Shown: piece after piece, positions 7,540 to 14,583 of the stretch
How the letters are laid out: every line of letters starts with the position of its first letter
Position numbering within the stretch: the stretch's first letter is position 1
Notes under the pieces: model-generated
What the model saw: only the letters and a program-made list of their open reading frames with translations
Told to the model about the DNA's origin: nothing
Databases searched by the model: none
Translations under genes and position numbers: made by a program
Source of the DNA: Oligoflexia bacterium
GTDB taxonomy: Bacteria > Bdellovibrionota > UBA1018
NCBI GenBank assembly: GCA_903858195.1
Contig: CAIOHW010000203.1
Span: 1-32,782 of the forward strand
Length of the DNA stretch: 32,782 nucleotides
Direction of reading: 5' to 3'

Positions 7540-8373
7540 ATGGGACTCAGAATCAATACGAATATCAGCGCAATGAATGCACAGCGCCAGCTCATGGCGA
7601 CCAAGACCAACCTGGATAAGGCTCTTGAGCGTCTTTCGAGCGGCCACAGAATCAACCACTCGGGTGACGACGCCGCAGGGCTTGCGATCTCCGAGAACCT
7701 CCGGGCGCAAACCCGGGGCATGAAACAGGCCAAGAGGAACGCACAAGATGGCATCTCACTGATTCAGGTGACCGAAGGCGGACTGAACGAAATCTCGAAC
7801 ATGCTGATCCGCATGCGAGAACTCGCGATCCAGGCCGCATCAGACACCATCGGTGACACGGAAAGGCAGTTCACGGACCGAGAGTTCCAATACCTGAAGC
7901 TCGAAATCGATCGCATCGCAAATGCGACGAGCTTCAACGGAACGCCGGTCTTGAACGGAACAACCGGAGTGCTCGAAATCCAAGTCGGGGTCCACAACAA
8001 CCCTGTCCTGGACCGAGTGGTCTACAACGGCGAGCGGGCGGACGCGACACTCGATTCGTTGCGGTTGGCGGGAGAGTCCGTCGGCACCAAACAGGGGGCA
8101 CAGATGACCCTGTCGGTGATCGATGACGCCCTGGCGAACGTGAACTCGGTGCGAGCGGATCTCGGCGCCATGCAGAACAGGCTCCAGTCGACGATCAACA
8201 ACCTGTCGATCAACGAAGAGAACCTCTCTGCTGCAAACAGCCGAATCCGGGACTCGGATATGGCCGAAGAAGCATCGGAGCTGACCAAGAACAACATCCT
8301 CATGCAGGCGGGGATCTCGGTTCTCGGACAGGCCAACAACATGAGCCAGGCAGCCCTCAAGCTGCTCGGCTGA
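7540..8373 (+). CDS. fliC: Flagellin (minimal), paralog 2
   Basis: 277 aa with canonical flagellin N and C domains. SD GGGAGG lies 5 nt upstream. Confidence 0.95.
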   Translation: MGLRINTNISAMNAQRQLMATKTNLDKALERLSSGHRINHSGDDAAGLAISENLRAQTRGMKQAKRNAQDGISLIQVTEGGLNEISNMLIRMRELAIQAASDTIGDTERQFTDREFQYLKLEIDRIANATSFNGTPVLNGTTGVLEIQVGVHNNPVLDRVVYNGERADATLDSLRLAGESVGTKQGAQMTLSVIDDALANVNSVRADLGAMQNRLQSTINNLSINEENLSAANSRIRDSDMAEEASELTKNNILMQAGISVLGQANNMSQAALKLLG

Positions 8374-8452
8374 GATTAGGAAGTCGACGGAAGTGAAGCA
8401 CAGGATCATGGCTGCGCGGTGTTCGGAAGCACAGTAGTTGGCCAGTACCCCC

Positions 8453-8488
8453 GGGCCTCCCCACCCTAAATGGGAAGGAGGGAGGCCC
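8453..8488 (+). other. Perfect 9-bp GC stem-loop downstream of flagellin 2
   Basis: gggcctccc (8453-8461) pairs with gggaggccc (8480-8488). The 18-nt loop contains ccc-taaat-ggg. No U tract follows. Confidence 0.3.
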
Positions 8489-8629
8489 GAGGGTCGAGAT
8501 GTAGCAGTAGACGGAAAGAAATTTTGATTTCGGTAACGCGCTTGGGCGGGTGCCCATGGGCGGGAAATCTCCGGAATCGAGGAAGGTCGGCAAGGACGCT
8601 GCCGTCCCTAGGGATAGGGGCGGGTCATT

Positions 8630-8664
8630 ACGGAGGAAGACCAATATGAATGGAGGCAAATCCT
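8630..8664 (+). promoter_or_regulatory. Flagellin 3 leader module with two GGA motifs (candidate CsrA sites)
   Basis: ACGGAGGAagaccaATATGAatGGAGGCaaatcct-ATG. GGA at 8632 and 8652 (20 nt apart), the second within the SD. Confidence 0.4.
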
Positions 8665-9498
8665 ATGGGACTTCGTATCAATACCAACATCAGTTCGTTG
8701 AACGTTCAACGCACGATGAACGCGAACCGGATCAACCTGGACAGGGCACTTGAGCGCCTCTCCAGCGGCAACCGGATCAACCGCGCCGGCGACGACGCCG
8801 CGGGACTCGCGATTTCTGAAAACTTGAGAGCGCAGGTTCGAGGCCTCAGACAGGCCAAGCGAAACGCCCACGACGGCATCTCGCTGATCCAGGTCACAGA
8901 AGGCGGCTTGAACGAGATTTCGAACCTTCTGATCCGAATGCGCGAATTGGCGATCCAGGCGGCATCCGACACCGTGGGCGACACGGAGCGCGGGTTCACC
9001 GATCGAGAATTCCAATCGCTCAAGCAGGAGATCGATCGAATCTCCAACGTCACGAACTTCAACGGAACACCGGTCCTGAACGGTCAGGCAGGGGTCCTCG
9101 AGATTCAGGTGGGCACGCACAACAACCCGGTCCTTGACCGCGTGGTGTACAATGCCGACCGGGCCGACTCTTCGCTCGACTCACTCGGGATTTCTGGAGA
9201 AACGGTGTCCACGAAACAGGGTGCCCAAATGGTGCTCGGACGAGTTGACGATGCCCTCAATCGGGTCAACTCCATTCGCGCAGATCTGGGTGCCATGCAG
9301 AACCGCCTGCAGTCGACGGTGAACAACCTGTCCATCAGCGATGAGAACCTCTCTGCTGCACAGAGCCGCATCCGCGACGCAGACATGGCAGAAGAGGCTT
9401 CAGAGCTGACCAAGAACAACATCCTGATGCAGGCTGGCATCTCGGTGCTGGGACAGGCCAACTCAACTAGCCAGGCTGCGTTGAAACTACTCGGCTAA
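8665..9498 (+). CDS. fliC: Flagellin (minimal), paralog 3
   Basis: The track ORF starts at 8650. ATG at 8665 gives the canonical MGLRINTN N-terminus and lies 8 nt after GGAGG. 277 aa. An ungapped manual alignment with paralog 2 gives 226/277 identical residues. Confidence 0.95.
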   Translation: MGLRINTNISSLNVQRTMNANRINLDRALERLSSGNRINRAGDDAAGLAISENLRAQVRGLRQAKRNAHDGISLIQVTEGGLNEISNLLIRMRELAIQAASDTVGDTERGFTDREFQSLKQEIDRISNVTNFNGTPVLNGQAGVLEIQVGTHNNPVLDRVVYNADRADSSLDSLGISGETVSTKQGAQMVLGRVDDALNRVNSIRADLGAMQNRLQSTVNNLSISDENLSAAQSRIRDADMAEEASELTKNNILMQAGISVLGQANSTSQAALKLLG

Positions 9499-9512
9499 GA
9501 ATAGGAGTGATC

Positions 9513-10400
9513 GTGGAAACGGTCCTGATCATTGGTGGAAGTGGGTTTCTCGGGTCACATCTGGCCGCCCGCCTCAAGGGCGGGTACCGGGTGGTGACCA
9601 CCCGCTTCCGCCACTCACTGCGGATGTCAGGGGTGACGGAATACCCCCTCACGGTGAGCCAGAATGAATGGGCCAAGGAACTGGTCATGGGGATCCAGCC
9701 CCAGATCGTGATCTATGCGGCGGGCAGCTGCGACCTCCGTTGGACAGAAGACCCGGAGAACGCAAGGGAGCTCGAACTGCAAAACATCACAGGATCCACC
9801 ACTCTGATGGCCGCAAGCCAGCTGGTCGGTTCAAGATTCATCTATGTCTCGAGCGCGCTGGTGTTTGACGGGACGAGAGGAAACTACCATGAGTCGGACG
9901 TGCTGGTGCCCAACACTGGCTTTGGAAGGTCTAAACTGTCGGCCGAGAACTCGATCCGAAGCCGAGCATTGAATTACCTGCTCGTGCGTTCGGCCCCACT
10001 CCTGGGTCGAGGGCCGGCCGGAAATCCTTCCTTGTTGGACCGATGGCTCCACCAATGGGGCCACGGCAGGCCGGTGGAGCTGGATGAGCGGGTTCGGCAT
10101 TCGTACGCTCCGGTCGAGGAGTTTGCCGACTGGATGGTCCGCTGCATTGAGAGCGGAACAAAAAATCGAACACTGCATTTTGGGGGACTCAGCCGATGCA
10201 CCGAGCACGAGCTCGGGACGAATCTGGCCAAAAGGCTCGGCGTGCCCGATTCGCTTGTGGTTCGAAAATCCGCCAAGGCCGATGCCCAGATGCGCGACTA
10301 CTCGCTCAACACCTCAGCATCGGTACGCGCTCTAGAGGTTAAGCCCCTGTTCCTGAAGCAGAGCCTTGATCTGGTCGAGAAGCGCCTGCTGGTTCCCTGA
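9513..10400 (+). CDS. RmlD-like / NAD-dependent epimerase-reductase family protein with Phe in place of the catalytic Tyr
   Basis: GGSGFLG Rossmann motif. GNYHESDVLVPNTGFGRSKLSAE aligns with the RmlD p-Y-x-E-x-D...P-x-N-x-YG-x-SK-x-x-GE block, but YG is FG. GTG at 9513 lies 5 nt after AGGAG (the track start 9507 overlaps that SD). It begins 15 nt after the flagellin 3 stop. Confidence 0.7.
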   Translation: METVLIIGGSGFLGSHLAARLKGGYRVVTTRFRHSLRMSGVTEYPLTVSQNEWAKELVMGIQPQIVIYAAGSCDLRWTEDPENARELELQNITGSTTLMAASQLVGSRFIYVSSALVFDGTRGNYHESDVLVPNTGFGRSKLSAENSIRSRALNYLLVRSAPLLGRGPAGNPSLLDRWLHQWGHGRPVELDERVRHSYAPVEEFADWMVRCIESGTKNRTLHFGGLSRCTEHELGTNLAKRLGVPDSLVVRKSAKADAQMRDYSLNTSASVRALEVKPLFLKQSLDLVEKRLLVP

Positions 10401-10961
10401 GCGCGCCTTCTTTTGGTCGCGCGTCACGCGCACGAACTCATTGAAATAAAACCGGGCCACCTGCTCGGCCCCAATCTTCTCACCCTGGTAGGTCCAGCTC
10501 ACATCGCCAAAGGGCCCCACCTGGGCCAAGAGCTCCTGAGACTGTGAGCCCTGCTGGCCGGGTGTGGCCGTGCGCTGGTGCTGGGCAAACTGGATCTGGA
10601 TCACGCCGTGCGAAGCGTTCGCCACGACGAGCTTGATCTGGTTGCGATAGATCATGAAGTCGGCTGCCGTCTGGGCCACGCTGTAGAGCTTGATCTCCTG
10701 AAACCGGCCGCCTGCCTCGGAATACCCGTTAAAGATCCGGAGGTACTCGGTGAACTGCTCGCGCAGATCGGTGAGGAAGCTGATGGTCGCCTCCTCGATG
10801 CGCTGCTGCGGGTCCATTGCGTTTCCACCCCCTGCCGCCTGGAGCAGACGATCGGCCTCGGGGTTCAGCTCGCCACGCACCAAGTCATGGATCCAGCCAT
10901 GGTCGCCTGCGATTTTCCCTGCGATGTTGAGTGATGGGTTGTGGTCTTGAAAGTGAGCCAT
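10332..10961 (-). CDS. Hypothetical protein (209 aa), no recognisable family
   Basis: ORF 10332..11132. ATG at 10961 (MAHFQDHNPS...) is preceded by a G-rich SD (aaggggggactt). Soluble, Gln-rich centre, C-terminal amphipathic LLDQIKALLQEQGLNL. Its 3' end overlaps the RmlD-like gene by 69 nt. Confidence 0.55.
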   Translation of the reverse strand: MAHFQDHNPSLNIAGKIAGDHGWIHDLVRGELNPEADRLLQAAGGGNAMDPQQRIEEATISFLTDLREQFTEYLRIFNGYSEAGGRFQEIKLYSVAQTAADFMIYRNQIKLVVANASHGVIQIQFAQHQRTATPGQQGSQSQELLAQVGPFGDVSWTYQGEKIGAEQVARFYFNEFVRVTRDQKKARSGNQQALLDQIKALLQEQGLNL

Positions 10962-11272
10962 AAGTCCCCCCTTAGCCCACTGAATAAAAGAACCTCTGGA
11001 GCTGCGGAAGTCAAATGGAACCCAGAATCTTGCACGTGGGCGCCGTTTGCCAGCTTTAGGCTTCCCGGTACAAGCCGGGCATGCACACCACTGACAGGGA
11101 CAGCCCCCTGGGTCATTGACTGTCGGGTCCACATGAAAAATTCCGCAGTCCAGAGGCTCACCCAGTATAGCAAACCCGAATTCCAGAAACCAAGCTCTGT
11201 TGCGAGGGGCGATCTCCGGACTAAAATCCTCCCGCTTTACAGGGCCTTAATCCGGTGACACACTCAGTCTCA

Positions 11273-12154
11273 ATGTCCCGGAAAAAGCTCCTCGTTGCAG
11301 ACGACAGCCTGACTATCCAGAAGGTGATTCGTCTCGCCCTCTCCCACGAGGGATACGAAATTCAGACCATTTCCGAAGGAAACGAGGCCATCGAGCAGAT
11401 CCTGCTTTTTCGTCCGAGGATCGTGCTGATCGACGTGTCCCTGCCGGGCAAGACTGCCATCGAGGTCAAGGCCGCGATCGACTCCAAGCCCGAGCTCTCG
11501 GGCACCCAGTTTGTGCTGATGTCCAGCGCCTTTGAGGCCGTCGATGAGGTCTCCATCGAAAAAGCGGGCTTCACTGCGCGGCTCACCAAGCCCTTTGATC
11601 CCGCACACCTGCGAAAGCTCGTCTCGGATGCCTTTGGGTCTGAGGCCGAACCCGCGATGCCCGTTCAGGCCATGCCCTTTCAGGTGCCAAGCCCCCCGCC
11701 TCCCCCCTTTCAGCTCAACATCCCCACGCCTCCTCCAGCGGATAACGACTCGGATATCCGGGCCCTGACCCAGTCCACTCTGCAGATGGCTGGGCTTGGC
11801 GACATGGACTGGAGCGTGAGCGAGCCCTCTCGCAAGGAGATTCCTGCCTTCGAACTCCCGCCCCTTCCGGCCATGGCCGAATCGCTGGCGCCACCCTCGC
11901 TCACCCCGCCCTCACAGATGATGGGAAGCGACGCGACCTCCGCCTACTTTAGCCCGCACCTCGATGCCGACCTGCCTCCGCCTGTGCCAGCGCCGCAGCA
12001 TGAGGCCTACGCTGTACCGACTGACGAGCTCGAAGCCCTCGTTCGCCAGCAGGTCGAAGCCGCCCTGCTCAAGGTCTCAAAAGATCTGCTGCCGCAGCTT
12101 GCCGAAAAGATTCTCAAGCAGGAGATCAACCGCCTGCTGAACGAAATCCCCTGA
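11273..12154 (+). CDS. Response-regulator receiver protein with Pro-rich linker and conserved C-terminal helix (RomR-like architecture)
   Basis: KKLLVADDS...IVLIDVSLPG...LMSSAF...TKPF is a complete CheY-like REC domain. It is followed by about 130 aa of Pro-rich low-complexity sequence (PSPPPPPFQLNIPTPPP...) and a C-terminal helix ELEALVRQQVEAALLKVSKDLLPQLAEKILKQEINRLLNE. The start could be GTG 11255 or ATG 11273. Confidence 0.75.
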   Translation: MSRKKLLVADDSLTIQKVIRLALSHEGYEIQTISEGNEAIEQILLFRPRIVLIDVSLPGKTAIEVKAAIDSKPELSGTQFVLMSSAFEAVDEVSIEKAGFTARLTKPFDPAHLRKLVSDAFGSEAEPAMPVQAMPFQVPSPPPPPFQLNIPTPPPADNDSDIRALTQSTLQMAGLGDMDWSVSEPSRKEIPAFELPPLPAMAESLAPPSLTPPSQMMGSDATSAYFSPHLDADLPPPVPAPQHEAYAVPTDELEALVRQQVEAALLKVSKDLLPQLAEKILKQEINRLLNEIP

Positions 12155-12887
12155 TTTCTTCCGAATAAAGCGAAACCACCGCGCCTTGAGCTTCGACACG
12201 AAGTTCTCCGTGCGGCCCCAGTTCGCGCACGATTCCGGTCTGTCGTGCTCCGGCCTCGCCCCACTCCACCTGCGCCCCCGGTTTAAAGGCCGAGTGTTTC
12301 CAGAAGATCTCAGACACCCAGCTTGTACCCTCGGTATCGAGTCGTGTGCAGGCGCGCGCAACCGCTCGCGGGACCTCATCCTGAAGCTTCGATAGGAGCT
12401 CACCTGAATCGGGCGCGCCAAGCACCTCAAGGAGCGCTGCAGTCTGCTGCTCACTGACTTGCGGAGCAAAGCCCACATTGAGCCCGAGGCCCAGCACCAG
12501 AAACGGGGGCTGCCCTCGCTTCTGGCAAACTTCGCACAAAAACCCCGCCAGTTTGCGGCCATCGAGCCAGAGGTCGTTTGGCCACTTGATCGAAAGACCC
12601 GACTCGGACCCCGGTCCAAGTTCAGACTGAAGCACTTCCAGCGTGCCCACCGCTGCGGCGATAGCCACCCACGTCCAGTGGTCCGATCGTGCGGGCCTGA
12701 GCACCACCGAAAGGTGCAGGTTTCCGGGAGTCGAAACCCACTGATTTCCGCGCCGCCCGCGTCCGCCCGTCTGCCGTTGTGATGAAACCCAGAAACCATG
12801 CGGCGCCCCCTGCTCCCCGCGCTCGCGGGCGATGAGCTGGGTGCTTTCGCAGCTCTCCAGCTTCAGGCAGTCGCCACTCTGGATCAT
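12126..12887 (-). CDS. birA: Biotin--[acetyl-CoA-carboxylase] ligase (group I, no HTH domain)
   Basis: QTGGRGRRGNQW matches GRGRxGRxW. KWPNDL and the LGLGLN core are present. ATGA overlap with the nadC stop (12884-12887). Confidence 0.9.
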   Translation of the reverse strand: MIQSGDCLKLESCESTQLIARERGEQGAPHGFWVSSQRQTGGRGRRGNQWVSTPGNLHLSVVLRPARSDHWTWVAIAAAVGTLEVLQSELGPGSESGLSIKWPNDLWLDGRKLAGFLCEVCQKRGQPPFLVLGLGLNVGFAPQVSEQQTAALLEVLGAPDSGELLSKLQDEVPRAVARACTRLDTEGTSWVSEIFWKHSAFKPGAQVEWGEAGARQTGIVRELGPHGELRVEAQGAVVSLYSEEIRGFRSAGG

Positions 12888-13777
12888 GTCCCCACTGCCA
12901 GAAGCGACATGTCGAGCGACTTGACCGTATGGGTGAGCGAACCCACCGAGATCACGTGGACTCCCTCCTGCAGGTAGCCCTTGAGATTGTCTTCGTGGAT
13001 TCCGCCCGAGACCTCGACCGTGACCGGAAGCTTCGATTCGCTCTCGATCAGCTCAAGCGCCTGACCGACCTGTTCGGGCGTGAAGTTGTCGAGAAGGACT
13101 CCCTCGACCACGCAGGCAAGCGCCTGCTCCAGCTCGCGCAGGTCACGCACCTCGACTTCGATGCCCAGGCCGTGCGGGGCAAGGCGTCGTACCCCGCCCA
13201 CCGCGGATGCGATGCTGCCTGCGGCTGCGATGTGGTTTTCCTTGATGAGCACTCCGCCCGAAAGGCTCACACGGTGGGGGTGGCCGCCGCCGGTGATCAC
13301 TCCGTAGATCGAAAGATCGCGGTAACCGGGAAGCGTCTTTCGCGTCGAGCAGATGCGCGGAGGATGCTTGAGGCCGGCGCCATGCGCCATCCGCACGAGC
13401 TTTGCCGTGTGGGTGGCAATCCCGCTCGCAAAGGCGGCGAGATTCAGCGCAGGGCGCTCCAGCGCCAGGATCCAGCGCGTGGGTCCTTCCCACTCCGAGA
13501 TCACGGTGCCGGGCACCACTCGCGCCCCATCCCGGAGCATCTTGCGCACAATCGGAGCCCCCGACACGCGCTCAAGCGCCGACTCGAGAGCCGCCCCCGC
13601 CCAAATGCCATCGGCCTTGGCAACCAACTTCGCCTTGAGCGTCTCTTCGCGCATGCTGCCGCGGGCGGTCCAGTCCCAGGGCCAGCCGTCCTCCTTGAGG
13701 CCCGCCTCAAGCGACTGCTTCCAGAAATCCGAGAGCTCGTGGTACGCGTGCCCAGTGTGAGATGTGTGGGAAGTCAT
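12884..13777 (-). CDS. nadC: Nicotinate-nucleotide diphosphorylase (quinolinate phosphoribosyltransferase)
   Basis: [10 protein letters not shown]...GGG..HR..LS..VLIKENH...EVEV...LDNF...EVSGG is the NadC signature. I chose ATG at 13777 (MTSHTSH...) because the longer ORF (13852) would run across the rph start. Confidence 0.9.
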   Translation of the reverse strand: MTSHTSHTGHAYHELSDFWKQSLEAGLKEDGWPWDWTARGSMREETLKAKLVAKADGIWAGAALESALERVSGAPIVRKMLRDGARVVPGTVISEWEGPTRWILALERPALNLAAFASGIATHTAKLVRMAHGAGLKHPPRICSTRKTLPGYRDLSIYGVITGGGHPHRVSLSGGVLIKENHIAAAGSIASAVGGVRRLAPHGLGIEVEVRDLRELEQALACVVEGVLLDNFTPEQVGQALELIESESKLPVTVEVSGGIHEDNLKGYLQEGVHVISVGSLTHTVKSLDMSLLAVGT

Positions 13778-13812
13778 GCCACTGGTGTAACGAAAATTTT
13801 GGAGAAAATCAC

Positions 13813-14583
13813 ATGAATCACCGTGAAGGCCGGGCCGCATCCGGACGCTCAAACGACCAGATCCGTCCCGTCACGATCGAGACCAACGTGAACCGCTACG
13901 CCGAGGGCTCGGTGCTGATCAAGGCGGGCAACACCCACGTCCTCTGCACCGCCTCAATTGAAGAGTCCGTGCCGGGCTGGCTCAAGGGCAAGGGGCAGGG
14001 CTGGGTTACGGCCGAGTACTCGATGCTCCCGCGCTCCACCCACACCCGCTCCAAGCGCGATCGCGAAAAGGTCTCGGGCCGCACGCAAGAGATTCAGCGC
14101 CTGATCGGCCGCGCCCTTCGCGTGATGGTCGATCTCAAGGCGCTCGGTGAGCGATCGATCCTGATCGACTGCGATGTGCTTCAGGCCGATGGCGGCACCC
14201 GCACCGCATCGATCACTGGAGCCTGCGTGGCGCTTGCCATGGCTCTTGCCAAGCTCATCCGAGAGGGCAAGGTTTCTGCTTCAGCCTGGACGGGCATGGT
14301 CTCGGCCATCAGCCTGGGCATTCATGGCGGCGAGATCCTGACCGACCTCGATTATGAAGAGGACTCGAGCTGCGAGGCCGATACCAACTTTGTTGTGACC
14401 TGGGATGGCCGAATCGTTGAGTTTCAGGGTACTGCCGAGCAGGAGCCCTTTTCGCCCGAGATGCTTTCGACCCTCACGCAGGCAGCCGTTCGCGCCAATC
14501 GCACGCTGCACGCCGTGCAGGTCGAAGCCCTCCGAAAGCTCGGGGTGGCTCACCAGACCGGGGTCGGAAACTTCCAGCTCTGA
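13813..14583 (+). CDS. rph: Ribonuclease PH
   Basis: ATG at 13813 lies 8 nt after [17 protein letters not shown]...[19 protein letters not shown]...[15 protein letters not shown]......[12 protein letters not shown]...[12 protein letters not shown] is canonical. Confidence 0.95.
   Translation: MNHREGRAASGRSNDQIRPVTIETNVNRYAEGSVLIKAGNTHVLCTASIEESVPGWLKGKGQGWVTAEYSMLPRSTHTRSKRDREKVSGRTQEIQRLIGRALRVMVDLKALGERSILIDCDVLQADGGTRTASITGACVALAMALAKLIREGKVSASAWTGMVSAISLGIHGGEILTDLDYEEDSSCEADTNFVVTWDGRIVEFQGTAEQEPFSPEMLSTLTQAAVRANRTLHAVQVEALRKLGVAHQTGVGNFQL

Noticed and set aside
7162-8753. ORFs lying in the flagellin intergenic regions: 7329-7538 (+), 7162-7746 (-) and 8550-8753 (+).
   Set aside because: They have no SD, low-complexity Arg/Gly/Pro-rich translations and overlap the flagellin coding sequences. 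The regions are better explained as structured leaders or 3' UTRs.
10962-11132. Cys-rich N-terminal extension (CPCQWCACPAC) of ORF 10332-11132, which looked like a zinc-finger or RiPP-like segment.
   Set aside because: No SD precedes the upstream ATG, whereas the internal ATG at 10961 has a strong G-rich SD. The extension composition (Arg/Pro/Cys/Trp) looks like translated GC-rich non-coding DNA in a divergent promoter region. This cannot be fully excluded without expression data.
12929-13816. Long antisense or alternative-frame ORFs. Examples are 12929-13816 (+, 295 aa), 16791-17705 (+, 304 aa), 24374-25378 (-, 334 aa), 29148-30008 (-, 286 aa), 12077-12799 (-, 240 aa), 3857-4561 (+, 234 aa) and 4992-5663 (-, 223 aa).
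   Set aside because: All lie entirely inside genes with strong family signatures on the other strand or frame. Their translations are Arg/Pro/Ala/Gly-rich low-complexity sequences, typical of stop-codon-poor GC-rich DNA, and none has an SD or a recognisable motif.
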